Origin: Hemiscyllium ocellatum
Taxonomy: Eukaryota
DNA length: 64,000 nt
Direction of reading: 5' to 3'
NCBI RefSeq assembly: GCF_020745735.1
Contig: NC_083431.1
Span: 16,520,496 to 16,584,495, forward strand
The notes under the pieces were generated by a model, which was not told the origin of the DNA, made no database searches, and saw nothing but the letters and a program-made list of their open reading frames with translations. The translations under genes were made by a program, and so were the position numbers. Positions 49,143 through 63,112 of the stretch are shown here, piece after piece (the stretch's first letter is position 1; each line of letters begins with the position of its first letter).

Positions 49143-50703
49143 AAATAGAACATAGAACAATACAGCGCAGAACAGGCCCTTCGGCCCTCGATGTTGCGCC
49201 AACCTGTGAAATATTCTAAGCCCATCCCCCTACACTATCTCATCATCATCCTAGGATTGTTTAAATCTCCCGAATGTGGCTGAGTTAACTACATTGGCAG
49301 GTAGGGCATTCCAACACCCTACCACTCTGAGTAAAGAACCTGCCTCTGACATTTCTCTTAAATCTATCACCCCTCAATTTGTAGCTATGTCCCCTCGTAC
49401 CAGCTGACGTCATCATCCTAGGAAAAAGACTTTCACTGTCTATCCTATCTAATCCTCTGATCATCTTGTATGTCTCTATCAAATCCTCTCTTAGCCTTCT
49501 TCTTTCTAATGAGAACAGATCCAAGTCTCTCAGCCTTTCCTCATAAAAGCTTCTCTCCAGACCAGGCAACATCCTGGTAAATCTCCTCTCCACCTTTTCC
49601 AACGCTTCCACATCCTTCCTGTAATGGTGCGAACAAAACTGTACACAATATTCCAAGTGCTGCCGCACTAGTGTTTTGTATAATTGCAGCATGACGTTGC
49701 AGCTCCGGAACTCAATCCCTCTACCAATGAAACCTAATACACCATATGCCTTCTTAACAACACCAACCCTCTGCACATCCACACTACCAAGAATCTTTCC
49801 ATTGACCCGGTATTTAGCCTTCCTGTTATTCTTCCTAAAGTGAATCACCATACATTTAGTTGCATTGAACTCTATTTGCCATCTCTCAGCCCAATTCTGC
49901 AGTTTATCCAAGTCCTCCTGCAACCTGCAATATTCTTCCACACTGTCCACTACTCCACCAACTTTAGTGTCATGTGCAGTCTTACTAACCCATCCACCTA
50001 TGTCTGCGTCTAAGTCATTTATAAAAATGACAAACAGTAATGGTCCCAAAACAGATCCTTGTGGCACACCACTAGTAACTGGACTCCAGGCTGAATATTT
50101 TCCATCAACTACCACTCACTGCCTTCTTTCAGAAAGCCAGTTTCTAATCCAAACTGCTAAATCGCCCTCAATCCCATGCCTCTGCATTTTCTTCAATAGC
50201 CTATCATGTAGAAGCTTACCAAAGGCTTTACTGAAGTCCATGTACACCACGTCAACTGCCCTACCCTCATCTACATGCTGGGTCACCTTCTCAAAATACT
50301 CAGTGAGGTTTGTGAGACATGACCTGCACTTGATGAAACCATGTTGACTATCGGAAATCAAGTTGTTGCTTGCTACATGATTATAAATCCTATCTCTTAA
50401 AATCATTTCCAAAACCTTTCGTACAACAGAAGAAAGGCTCACTGGTATATAATTACCTGGGTCATCTCTACTGCCCTTCTTGAGCAAGGGCACAACATTT
50501 GCCATCTTCCAGTCTGGGTATTATACCTGTAAACAATGACAACTCAAATATCAAAGCCAAAGGCTCAGCTATCTCCTCCCTAGCTTCCCAGAGAATCCTC
50601 AGAAAATCCCATCTGACCCAGGCGACTTGTCTACTTTCACTCCTTCTAGAATTGATAACACCTCTTTGTATCTAACCTCGATCTTTTCTAGTCTAATATC
50701 TCT
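49143..50703 (-). mobile_element. CR1 LINE RT to 3' end
   Basis: ORFs 50116-50505 and 49285-50115: QHGFIKCRSCLTNL, YMDFSKAF, GVPQGSVLGPLLFVIFINDLD; (TTCTATG)n tail. Confidence 0.93.
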
Positions 50704-53700
50704 ATAAGAATTGGTTTAACAGTAACTCTATTAAAATGCTTAACAAAATAATGTATGTTTTAACTATGACTAATTAACTGTTCCAATATAGTAACATTCC
50801 ACAAACATTCCCTTGGCAAAGGCAAATTCAGTAAAATAGATTGTCTCACGTGCAGCAGGAAGAGAGTCCCAGGTTTTAGCTGTAAAGAAGAGATGGAGAA
50901 GAGTTTCTACATCCATCCTCAGAACCCCAGCAGCTGCAGAAAGTTAAAACTAAAACTCCTGGTTCTGGGGGAGCTTGGCCCGACCCATTCAGACTACTTT
51001 TATGGATCCAACTTTAAAAAATAACCCCAAGGCCTCACAACCTGTTTACTTTATTGGCTTTGGTTGTCACCTCTGTCTCAACCTTTCTTCATTTTTTTTA
51101 AAAAAAGGATAAAATACATCTTTTAAAGCCAAAGTATTGTCACATGGTTCCTTGGTAAATATTTATTCTGCCTTCCTGAATTCCCAAGATCACTTGTAGT
51201 GTCTGTACTACCAACCTCACTACAGTATAAATTGGAGATTAACCTTTTGGGTTCCTTGGTTGTGGTACAGTACTGCACTGTGTAGTACAAAGTAACTCAC
51301 TGTTAATTTTTGTTTGCTCATTCGGAAAACAACTGGCTGGATGGCCTAAGTCTTATGTCACACAGTGAAGCTTCTGTTCTTGTGCCAAAAGCTTTGTCAA
51401 CTTGACTGTGGTTCAGTCAATGAAAGAAATGAAGAGTGATAAAGTTGCACAATTTGTTTGAGGGCAGTCAGCACCAAGGAATTGTACCTCAGCATCTTTA
51501 AGGTATTGTATGTTAGTGATGAATTGTGGAACTGATTTTTGAATCTCAGAGTTGGTGAGATGTATCGCCTGAATCTTTTCTATTCCTGCATAGATGTAGG
51601 CTGTTGTATTTTTTGACATAACAAATTCAGTTTAACAACATAATAATTACAAAGCGCTTTTAACCTACTAAATTGTCTCACGGTACTGTGATTTGTTAGA
51701 TATGAAGTGTTTCACATGCTTACAATATGCTTGCTTGTTCATCTCAGAAAATATGGGGACAAAATAGCAAGGAATCATCGTGACATGCATGATGTGTAGC
51801 ATGTCTTATTCTCTTCTGTTATTAACTTCCTTAAAAGGTAATGTTGTACTAATGATTCTTAAAATGGATTTCAGTCATTTGGTTAGAAATGGGATTGAAT
51901 GTTCTAGGGAGATAGGTGAGTTAATCTTGGATGGATCAATAAGAGGCATGTACTGCAGAACAGCTATTATCTGGGGAAAATCTTAAACTTCTCATTCTGC
52001 GCACTGCCCTCAGAAATACATAATGGGTCGTTATGACAATGCAATTTGAAAGAAGTAATTTTGCCAGGTCCAATGAACTTGACCTATTCCCCACTTTGCG
52101 TCCTAAACTTCAAAATGATGGATCCATTTAAATATGTTTCTAATTTTAAACTGCACAGAAGAACTGATTATAAATATTCCAATATCTTCGTTGATTTTTT
52201 TTTAAAAAAAAGGCAGTTCTGTTGATCTAGCACCAAGGAAAAACATTGCAGGAAATGTCCAATAATTTCTAACATTAAAGATTTGTATTCAAGCAATAAT
52301 TGTACAAAGCCTTTAGTAAGCTTTGTCGAGTGGAACTGTTGTAATTATGCATCTGTCTACAGGGGGACTTTCAAAAGAATGTGACTGGGAAAGAAGAATT
52401 GATTTTAGTTTGGCTGGATTGTTATGGAACTGCAGCGCTTTCCATTGAATATCCACTTGATTATGTAGTTCTGGCAGGCTTTTTTTTTCTAGTGTGATAT
52501 TTTGGTACATCTTGTATATTTTGTTTGCATTAAAGTTCTCCTTCTGGCTGTACATAGAAATGAGGGGAACACTTGCTTTGGAGGGCAGCCTGTGGCTGCC
52601 ACATGACTCTTGTTGACCATGAGACTCTGTGCTCTTAGTGCCTGCTGTAAATGTATTGAAAGTATTTGTGGATTGATAATCAACTACTTTGACTCCACCA
52701 TGAATACATCTTCCATGGCTATCAAGTCCTGGAACTGGACTTGAACACAGAGCTACTGGCTTAGAGACCAGAACACTAACTACTGGGTTATAAGACTTGC
52801 GCTTTTAATATTCCCTGTTTCATGACCTATTGTCACAATCACATGACGTACTTGGATAATTTCTGCTATTTAAAAGTGACTGCTGTCCATCCAGCCTGAA
52901 ACCAAGGTATGACTGAGGCATTCATTGGAAATCCTTGTGCTAAATCTTGAAGCAACATTGCTTTTTGATTTAAAAAAAACATAACTCATTGATTGCTATC
53001 AGTTTGCACGAGATACCTGAGGAATCTCAAAATGGTGACAAAGGAGAAATGAAATTAGTTTCTCAAAGATAAAAAGGATCTGAGATACCTTTTTATGTAT
53101 AATGTAAACTGTTAAACTGGCCCAGGAGAGGATGACTGCAGAATTAACCATACCCCCTGGGGGAGAAAGGGACTTTATCACTGGTGTTCCAGCAGCTTGG
53201 TCAGTGTAAAGTGTAGTTTGTTTAATGAAAGCACTGCTTATGCAGTATAAATCATTGGAAAATACTGCACGTCTACCCAAATCAGTCTCCCGATGCTGTT
53301 CTGTGTTTTTTTTTAAATGTAAGTGTTGGAATGAAGACCGTCACTGTTAAGGTGGCATTTGTTCCCTATCTGCGACTGCACTGGGAAAGTTTGAGACAAC
53401 TGTGTAACTCTCAAGGTCACTGCAGAGGATAGTTAAGAGTTGCTTACGCTTAAAATACACATGTACCAGCCCAGGTGAGGATGGACAGGTTTCCTTCCCT
53501 GCTAGAGATGAGAGAACCAGTTGGGTTTTAATGACAATGCTAACTTTTACTGGCACTGAAATTTTGTTTTTAAATTTTTCAAACTCAATTCAAATTCTTG
53601 GACTCCCATTGCCTGGATTATTAGCCCAAGCCTCATGAAGATTAGTCCAGTAGAGGGACTGCTCAACAGCCAAATACTGCAATATCTAGTGCAGATAGAT

Positions 53701-54359
53701 GTAAGGTACTACTTATGAGTATGTCAGAACTTCATTTGACTTTTCTCCAAATGGCAATCACTGCAGTTTTCCTGCATGTATGATATCAGGACATAAGTTG
53801 TATGTTTTTCTTTTCCCTTCAGGTCAGTTGTTCCCACCCAGCTGTGCTGCATTTTAGAGCCCACTATTATCTCCAAGAAGGGTGATGGGATGCTGGAGGT
53901 TACTAATAGAACGTGTGCTGCAGAGAAGCAGGTTGTCACTGAGTCAATCATGAGGTTCTTAATAGATGTGAGGGTCTGTAACAATTAAGTCCTTGCAGAT
54001 GTTGCCCTCCCCTCGCTCATTCTCATCAGTTTCTAGAGTCTTTAGGGGAGTGTATGTTTTGCATAATCTGGTTGATGACAGGTGTTGATGCCTGGATGCA
54101 TTCCAGGAACACTCGGAAACCCACTGACATAGTTAGATTGCATAATATTGGAATATACACAATTAACAGGCTTGGTTGGTGTTTTTGTCGATTTAGGACA
54201 CAAGTGAAAATGTGATAATCCTGCTGCATGATATCCTTCTTGGATCTTCTTTCTACCTGACCATAGAGACTATCATCACCTTTTTTTTATTGGTTGCAGC
54301 CCAGCACATCACTCACTGAAACATCTGAAACACTGTCAGATTCTATCAGAGTCTGGTAG

Positions 54360-55330
54360 TCATTTTTTAATAGCACTCACAGGATATAGGTATCGCTGGC
54401 AGGGCCAGTGTATTTTGCTGATTCGAAATTTCCTTTGAGAAGTTAGTGATAAGCTGCCCTCTTGAACTGCTGTAGTCTGTATGATTAAATAACTTACACA
54501 AACTTTATGAATGGTAGCTCCAAAATCATGATGCATCAGTGAAGGAAGTGACATGGTTCCAAGTCAGGATGGTGTTATTCCCATGCATCTACTGCATTTC
54601 TCCTTCTAGAAGGAAGAGATCATGTGTTTGCAAGGTGACGTCATAGAGTCATAGCATCCTAGAGCTGTACAGCATGAAAACAGGCCCTTCAGTTCAACTT
54701 GTCCGTGCCAACCAGATATTCTAAATAAATCTAGTCCCCTTTGCCAGCATTTGGCCCATATTTCGCCAAATCCTTCTTATTTGTATACCCATCGAGATGC
54801 CTTTTAAATATTGTAATTGTACTAGCCTGCATCACGTCCTCTGGCAGCTCATTCCATACATGCACCACCCTCTGCATGAAAAAAATTGCCCCTTTATAAA
54901 TCTTTTCCCTCTCACATTACACCCATGCCTCTAGTTTTGGACTTGCACACCCCAGGAAAAATACCTTGTCTATGCCCATCATGATTTTATAAACCTCTAT
55001 AATGCCATCCCTCAGCCTCCAACAACCATGTGGGCTGCTTTGTCTTGAAACTCTTGGCCTTCTTAAGTATTGCAGGTGTTACGCTCATCTAGGTAAAAGG
55101 AGAGTAGTCTATAACACTCTTGACATGTACCTTGTAATTGGTGTAAAGGCTTTGGAGAATCGGGTAGCAAGTTATTCACTGCAGAATGTCCAGCCTCTGA
55201 CTTGCTCTTCTCACTGAGTCCTTAAATGGCTGATCCAGTAAGACTCGTGTACAGTGGTAACTCCCAGACTGTTGGTGGTGCATGATGGTAGTACAATTGA
55301 ATATCAAGGACAAGTGGTTAGACTGTCACT
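54360..55330 (-). mobile_element. Second-family LINE 3' fragment with nested CR1 3' end (about 54640-55022)
   Basis: Parallels 9845-10690; inner piece starts GTCATAGAGTCATAG. Confidence 0.65.
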
Positions 55331-56011
55331 TTTAGGAGATAGTATGAGTTTCATCTTTGAGCTATAACTTCAGTGCTGCATGATAATATAACCAATTCCA
55401 AATGGTTATTAGACTAATTGCCTACGCTACTGAGTAATTGTTTATCTCTGATTTTTAGGTATCCATATTTACCATATTCTAATCCCAAATGGCTTTAAGG
55501 ATGGCTACAGACATTGCCCAGTAGTCTCTACTCTCTGTATGGCATAAATTAACTTTAAAATTAGGTCATCATGAGGTAGATTATCATACCCAGTCATTAT
55601 GTCTAAAAGAACTTTGTACTAATTTGTACTGTCCTCATATATTACCTAACAGGAAGCCTTATTTTAAATTTTATCAAGTCAGACTTATGTAGTTTATCAT
55701 ATTGTCCCATGCTTGCCAGATTACAAAATTAGTTTGGCTTACAGGGGCAAAAACAAGATCTCATTCTATGGAGAATAACAGCTGGTATTTGTGTATAATT
55801 AGTATAATATATGCCTTTTGTGAATGTATTTTCAAACAAAAAAGAAACTTTTCCGGATTGTAGTTTCTCCATGTCAGTCGCAGTTAATTATTACCAATTA
55901 GGGACTGAACGGCGAACCTGACTAATGTTACTTTCTCCCACTTGGCATTCCCTGATCTTCTTCTTTTGTGACTACAGATGTGGACAATTTTGATTTTTAA
56001 GGGTTTCAGAC

Positions 56012-56991
56012 AGTTCATAATATTAGCAGGATAGGCATTAAAATTGAACTCACAATTGCACCCCCTGTCCCTTTGTGCTGCCTGTGCTGTCCTGCTGTTC
56101 CCTGACCCTGCCTTCAATTCCTGGTTTTTCTGTTGCCATTCTTTTCCTTTAGCTATCGGCGATATCTTTTTTCTAGAGTCCTGATTAACAGATGGAGGCA
56201 AACTGGGGGGTTCCCAGTCAGCAGCTGATTCAAGGTTTCTTAAGTTTGCTCCAATGCACAACAGCACTGAGATTTTACCGTGCAGCCTGTGTGATATCAT
56301 CAAAATATCTGTGAAATTTTACAGATAAACCATTTTAGTTTATTCTTGCTCATCGTCCTTTTTACATCCTTTAAGAACATCGCACTTAATGTTTCAAAAA
56401 TCTATTTATCCTGTCTTTAAATAATTTTAGTATCTAGCCTTCACAACTCTATGGAGTGGAGAATTCAAGACGTTCAGTACTACCTGAGAAAAGGGATTCT
56501 TTCCATCTCAGTTTTAAATGAGTGCCACTTATTCTGTGACTATGTCCCCTTTCGAGATTCCCCCACCAGAGGAAACTGCTTCTCAACATCCAGCCTGTCA
56601 AGCCTCCTCAGAATCTTCTAGATTTCAACAAAGGTATCTCCTCATATCTCTAAACTCTAATGATTAATAGCCTAATCTATTTAGTCATTCTCCATAAAAT
56701 CCCAGGAATCTGCCCGGTGAATCTCTTTTGAATCCCAGTCAGTAGTAAGTTATTCTTTCTCAGATGTGGGGATCAAAGCTGAGAACTGTATAGTCCATAA
56801 TATTAGCAGGATAAGCATTAAAATTGAACTCATTTTTGCACCCCCTGTCCCTTTATGCTGCCTGTGCTATCCTGTTGTTCCCTGACCATGCCTTCAATTT
56901 CTGGTCTTTCTGTTGCCATTCTTTTCCTTTAGCTATCGGCGATATCTATCTTTCTTCTAGAGTCCTGATTAACAGATGGTGGCAAACTGGG
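56012..56991 (+). repeat. Dispersed direct duplication of about 200 bp (56012-56207 and 56792-56991)
   Basis: CATAATATTAGCAGGATA...GCACCCCCTGTCCCTTT...CTAGAGTCCTGATTAACAGATGG.GGCAAACTGGG present twice, about 90-95% identical by eye. Confidence 0.95.
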
Positions 56992-57009
56992 TGATTGCAC
57001 AGAGGGATG

Positions 57010-57220
57010 CTGTGTCTGTGGGTTCGGCTTCAGCCGTTTCAGATATCCACAGTTTACAGTGGCCTGACCATATTATAGAGAATGTTCCAGAACCAGGGAC
57101 CAGGGGCTGCTGGGAAGGTAAATTTCCCATTTAAGTGAATGGGTTTGCACTTATCCACAGTTTTGGGCTTCCGTGTTGAGTCTTGGAAAGTATCCCCTGT
57201 GGGTACGGAGGGGAGTACTG
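57010..57220. mobile_element. pogo/Tigger (MER44/Tigger7-like) MITE, left end disrupted
   Basis: Right end GTCTTGGAAAGTATCCCCTGTGGGTACGGAGGGGAGTACTG resembles the MER44 terminus as recalled. Confidence 0.6.
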
Positions 57221-57689
57221 TGCTTCAGGTGCTGCCTCACCAACACTCTGTATGATGTAACCTGGAAAAATACACTGTTATTGGTCAAATCATGAAACTG
57301 ACCATCAGCAATCTTCAGCATGCTTTACATAAAAGAGGATTAAGGCTGTTACAGTCCAAGTAAAGCTTCCTATTTGGATTTTTCTTTTAGCTGTTCCTAT
57401 CCTGTAATGATTGCTGGAATGGCTTAATTTGTTTCTGGGAATGGTATTTAATTTTCACTTTGTTGGTATGTGTGCATTTTAAAAAGAAACATTTTTGTTT
57501 TAACATTCAATGCTTTTTTTCCATGTCCTATATTTTCCATGTAGAGTGTGCGCATTGGAGACCAACTTGTGGGCATTAGCCAAAATCACGATGTATCCTG
57601 TGGTCTGTGTTCAGCATCTTCTGCATAAATGTCCATCAATGATTAGGACTTTTGTGGGAGCCTTACAGAGGTATCACAGATACCAATCT

Positions 57690-58260
57690 TCAGCCAATTC
57701 ATTTCATTCTGAGTGATATCAAGAAATTATTGAAGGCACCGGTTACTGCAAAGGCAATAAGTCCTGACAACATTTTGCAATAGCACAGAAGACTTGTGCT
57801 GCAGAACTTGCCACATCCCTAACCAAGCTGTTCCTGTACAGGTACCTAACACTGGCACCGACCTGACAATGTGGAATGTTGCCCCAATGTGTCTATACAC
57901 AAAACGCAGGACAAATTCAATCATTCAATCAGTCTAGCCTCAATCATCAGAAACGTGATGGAAAGTACCATCAGCAGTGTTATCAAAGTGCTATCAAACA
58001 GCACCTGCTTAACACTAACCTGCTTACTGATGCTCAATGCATGTCACACATAAGAAAGGTAATGATCATCTTCATAAGAAACAACCTTCCTTCACTGTTG
58101 CTGGGTCAAAATTATGGAACTCTCGACCTGATATTATTGTGGGTCTATTGCAGCGGTTCAAGAAGGCAGCTGAGCACCACCGTCACAAAGACAAGTAGAG
58201 GTAGGCAGTAAAAGCTGGTTGAGCCAGCAACACCCACGTTGTATGAGTGAATTAAAAATA
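57690..58260 (+). mobile_element. Second-family LINE fragments
   Basis: Parallels 12890-13170 and the 3' tail (reverse of 9845-10020). Confidence 0.65.
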
Positions 58261-59799
58261 AATTCCAGTGTGCTCGCTGGAACTAATTACACCAAGACTG
58301 AGGGTCAGGTGCAGATGGTATAGGATGAGTCCATAAGAAATTTACAGTGATAGAAGAAGATCAAAAACATTGCAGTGGAATATACATTCCACAAATAACT
58401 GTCTGTGTTTCTATTGTACTTCATGCAGAAAAATGATCCAAGTGCTTTAAAAAAAGCAAAAATGGAATTTAGCTAAAGAGCAAGATGTTAAGATATTAGG
58501 AAGCTGAAGTAGCACTGCAAAACTCACAAATGACCAGGCTCTTAAATATGTTGTTGACTTTGAGAGCTACTGAGTATAACTTCTCAGACAATCACCAGAG
58601 CCTTGTCATTGGGTCTGTTGCTTCAGCCATTATCCACATTAAAAGTGTGATAGGTGTTGTTGCTGTTTTATATTGTCTCATTGTAATTGATCTTTTCCCA
58701 ACACTGCAACTTCTTGTTAGGTCTCATCCTTTATTATCTGTACCTGACCTGCATTCTGGTGGTATCAGTTTCAACTAGCTTAATGGGATCCCACTCATTA
58801 AAAAGTTAGAGACCAATCCAGTGTTCTCTTCAACGGATTGTGTGTATGCCGTAGGGGAGACGGATGCACTGCAGGGAGCAGGCATGCAAAGGAAATATGT
58901 CGTTCTTGCCCAGTCTGGCTTACCTGTGACTCCAGAACCACAGCAATGTGCTTGTCCCTAAACTGCCCTCTGAAAATGACCTAGCAAAACAGTCAGTTCA
59001 AGGGGCAATTAAGGATGGGATATAAATGCTGACCCAGTAAGTGACACCAATAACCGCTGAACGAAAAGTCAGAAATAGATGAGTGGGCACTCAACCTGCC
59101 TTTGGTGATGATCACCCTGGTATGATTGGAATGTTTATAGTGCTGCTGTTCAGGACTATTTCTGCTTTCCCCCACAGTCTAGTTGCACTTGCATTTTAGC
59201 CACAGCTTCAATGTGAAGCAAAACTATGATCAGATATAATTAAATATGAATTTATGGCCTGCCATACAAATGCAAAACACTGGTACGCTTGTACCTCCTT
59301 ATTTATTTCTGGCAGCCATAAAGCAGGAGCAGGTGCCATCTCACTAATAAGTTGAGAATTGAGGAAAATCCATTATGGACTCTCGAACGTATTGGTTTTC
59401 AAATTTGTTTTTGGCATCTCTGAATGTTTCACAGGGTCACCAGATTTGGGTTTGGAAATATTGCACGTGGAGAGTACATCTTGTAAATTCTGCATTCTAC
59501 ATTTTTCTACACTTACTTACTTTTTTCCTGCTTCTGTTATTGCAGGAGGATTTAATATTAAAAACACTTTCTGCCCTGTTTGTGTAATTTCCCCTTAAGC
59601 AGTTGACTTTCAAGAATGCTTCAGGAATTGGGGGGTCTTTCTCATTTTATAAAACAAATTTAAAGTGAAATCAAAATAGCTGTGCCGGGCTCCTTTTCTC
59701 TCTAATTCTCCATGTAAAGGTTTGATAGATGTTCCATGAAACATTTTGATCCGGTTGCATATTCCAACTAGATCTTGGGAAGTTTTAGGTCTTTGCAAT

Positions 59800-60000
59800 G
59801 ATGTTAAAGTCACCATAGTCCCAGGGGACATGAGGCTACTCTCTCATTAGAGAGAGAAGACTAATGGTGAGTTTAACCTGAGGGTCACCACGTCTCAGGC
59901 AAGAAGAGACAGCTCTTAATAGTAACCTTAGCCGATGCAGGAATTGAATCCGCACTATTGGCATTACTCTTTATTGTAAGCCAATCATTCAATTAACTGA
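59800..60000 (-). mobile_element. Old tRNA-derived SINE (second family)
   Basis: Homologous to 11170-11370. Confidence 0.6.
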
Positions 60001-61705
60001 TATAACTCCAGTCACTTTCATATAACATAATATTAGTATTGGAAAATATTATTATTGATATATGCTAACATAGTAATACAGTGCTGAAATTCAATGCTCA
60101 TGGATTAATAACTGCTTGCCTGTTAAACTCACTGGTCAGTGTCATAAGTCATATCAGCATAGTATTTCAGCTGTGTGGAATGGAGGTCAACACCTTATTT
60201 ATAAGAGCAGGATTATTATTAGTACTATTCAACAATATGCATGACAATGACATAATGCAGAGATCTTGTTTCCACATAATGCTTGGGTTTCACTTGGAAT
60301 GTTTTCACTTGGATTTCGTTAAAGTGAATGGTCAACAAGTGAAATCTTTATATTTCTCCTGTCAACTGTGCACATAATCTGGGTACAGTTATAAATGCTG
60401 GACTTGTCAAATGGTGTTGTACCTGAAAAGAGTATTTTGCATGAACAGCAGAAGAGTTTAATACTGTACTGATCTTGCTGGTAATGTCCACATCCTATGA
60501 AAAGATAAAATAATTGCAAAATCAGATATGGTGAATAAAAGCTTGCTTCTAGCAGTACTGTTGTGGTATTGATTTGCGGTATTTGATTTTTCATGCAAGA
60601 ATCGTGATTTTCAGATGGACTGGTTTGGATCTAATATTTTCTCCCTACATTGCCTTGATGGCAGTACAGTAACTAAACTGATGATATCACAGAATTAAAA
60701 AAGCCATTCCTTTAAAAAAACTTCATATCTATTTCTGGTCTTCATTTATTATTAAGGGCACTTCTATATTTAACTGGGTTTTGAGAGAGCAATGCTAGTC
60801 CTTCATTTGAGAGTACTGTCCTTCCTTATCTGTGGTTAGTATGTCACTACAGATTAGTCAGAGGTCTTCAATTTAGAAAATGTAAATCTATTTGTCTAAA
60901 CATATACTGTCAGTGCATGAACATGGTCCACAGGGGCATGTACTATATACAGAGTTTGTGAATTTATACTGTCCAGTGCCTCCGTTTGGTGTAGGTCCAT
61001 TGGAGAATGCCAGTTTAGAAAGGGGAGAGTTTCCCTTTTGGGAAATCAGATCTCAGTTTTTCAAATTAACATCCTCTAATTGCCCTACACTGAACCAGTG
61101 GAAGCTCTTACTGGCATTTTTTTTTGCAGTAATGGAAAATCGATATTTCTTGTCTTTAAAATAAAACAATGGCCTGGAGAGCCCATGCATGGTAATGCAA
61201 ACCTGCGCTCCAGTGTAAGAACACTGGGGAACCAAAATGAATCAGGACAATTAGTAAGCTATGCAGGGGGCAGGGATTTTGTGGCATATCTGGAGACTCA
61301 GCAGAAAGTGGCTTGTCACTGTTGCTGGCTAAATAGAAGTAAGTAAATTTTTTAAATTCTAAATGTCATCGCACTACAAGAGCTGCAATGTTGAAGAAAG
61401 TGATTAAGAGGATTACGTCTGCGAGTATTTAAGATAGGAACTGATATGGAAGTGTAAAAATCAGAAAATTGCAATTTAAATCACGACATGGAATACAGGT
61501 ATAAACTGTTGGAAGGCAAGTGATGTAAATCATCTCAGTATGATGTCAACAAAATGTAACCTGAAATTGCAAGAAATCCTTTACTACAGGACTAATATGT
61601 AAGGTGGATTGTTTGATCAGGTCTTATCTAAATTGTGGCAGGTTTCTAACTCTTTATCACTGTAAATTATAAATAACCCTTCAACCTTGAGAATGAATTA
61701 ATTGA

Positions 61706-61894
<189 letters not shown>

Positions 61895-62956
61895 TAAATA
61901 AACTATTATATTTATGATCCCTACTATTTATAGTCCCTTTTTTGTTTGCATTTAACTGGTTTCTAATTCCCTTTCAACTACTCTGTTTTCAAGTACTTAT
62001 GCTCAGACACATTGAACTAATCTATTTGTTTCATTAGAAAGTCTAGTAAATGCCTATCTTATTCACTAATAGTAGTGAACGGAATGGTTACAAATATCAA
62101 AGGTTATAAAGCAATATGTTCGGCTCTTGTGGAGCAGTGTTGGTGTCCCTACCACTGCGCCAGGAGGTCCAAATTTAAATCCACCTGTGCCAGAGATGTG
62201 TCATAACATTCCTGAACAGGTTGATTTTTTAAAAAAAAATGTAACATTAACTAACTGAATGGTTAAGTCTTTTTCCTGTGATAGGAAATGGAGTTAGAGT
62301 ATCATAACGGGTTTGTTTGAATGGGTAGCATTGGGATACTAAACCATCTGACATACAACATCACAGTTTCAATCCCTACCATGGGCTTGAATCGTCTGGA
62401 GTGATGGCAGAAGTTTAACATTTAAAGCCTGGACTCAGAAGAAGAGGAAAAAGAAATTGCTCTAATGAACCCTAGGGGAAAGTGTGTGAAGATGTTGAGT
62501 AAGACGTGATGGGGCTTTGCTGTTGTGCCACTTGCCTTTCCCATCTCCAGATTGTGTTTGAAATATAGCCATTTGATAGAAGTATCAATGAGCAGGATAT
62601 TCACAAAACCATATTCCAATACTCAGAAGTGCTTCAAATAGAAGTTATAAGGTTAGTACCCAAAGACTGAAGACTAAAGAAAGACTTGGGCTTTTTGTCC
62701 TTGAACACAAACCTTTAGGAGGTTATTTCATGGGCCCTTAAGGTAGTAAAATGGAAAAGTATACGTAGAACAGCACTTCAAAGCACCAGAAATGAGGCCA
62801 CTGTGAACCATAACGAAACAACAAATACAGTTGTTGTGTTTAAAAATATTGTCTGTTCTGTTCTAAGATGAAGAATTTTAATAATGGAAACTGGGAATAA
62901 CGATTGCAGCTGGACAAATGGGTTCCACCACTTTATCTTAATGCCCCCTTACCTGC

Positions 62957-63112
62957 TTAGATTCCCTACAGTGTGGAAACAGATCATTTGGTCCAACAAG
63001 TCCACACCAACCCTCCAAAGAATAACCCACCCAGACCCATTTCCCTCTGACTAATACACCTAACACTATGGGCAATTTCCCATGGCCAGTCCACCTGACC
63101 TGCATATCTTTG
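62957..63112 (-). mobile_element. Partial V-SINE 3' half
   Basis: TTAGATTCCCTACAGTGTGGAAACAG...CACCTGACCTGCATATCTTTG. Confidence 0.75.

Larger units (their letters stand above)
48631..51144 (-). mobile_element. Probable solo LTR (about 630 bp net) carrying two insertions
   Basis: TGTTA...TCACA termini; flanks TGGAT/TGGTT (4/5 TSD); minus-strand AATAAA near 48775. Confidence 0.5.

Noticed and set aside
57510-57716. ORF with VCAL...QHLLHK resembling HEATR6 exon 2
   Set aside because: Wrong spacing and phase; the true exon is at 61778-61885
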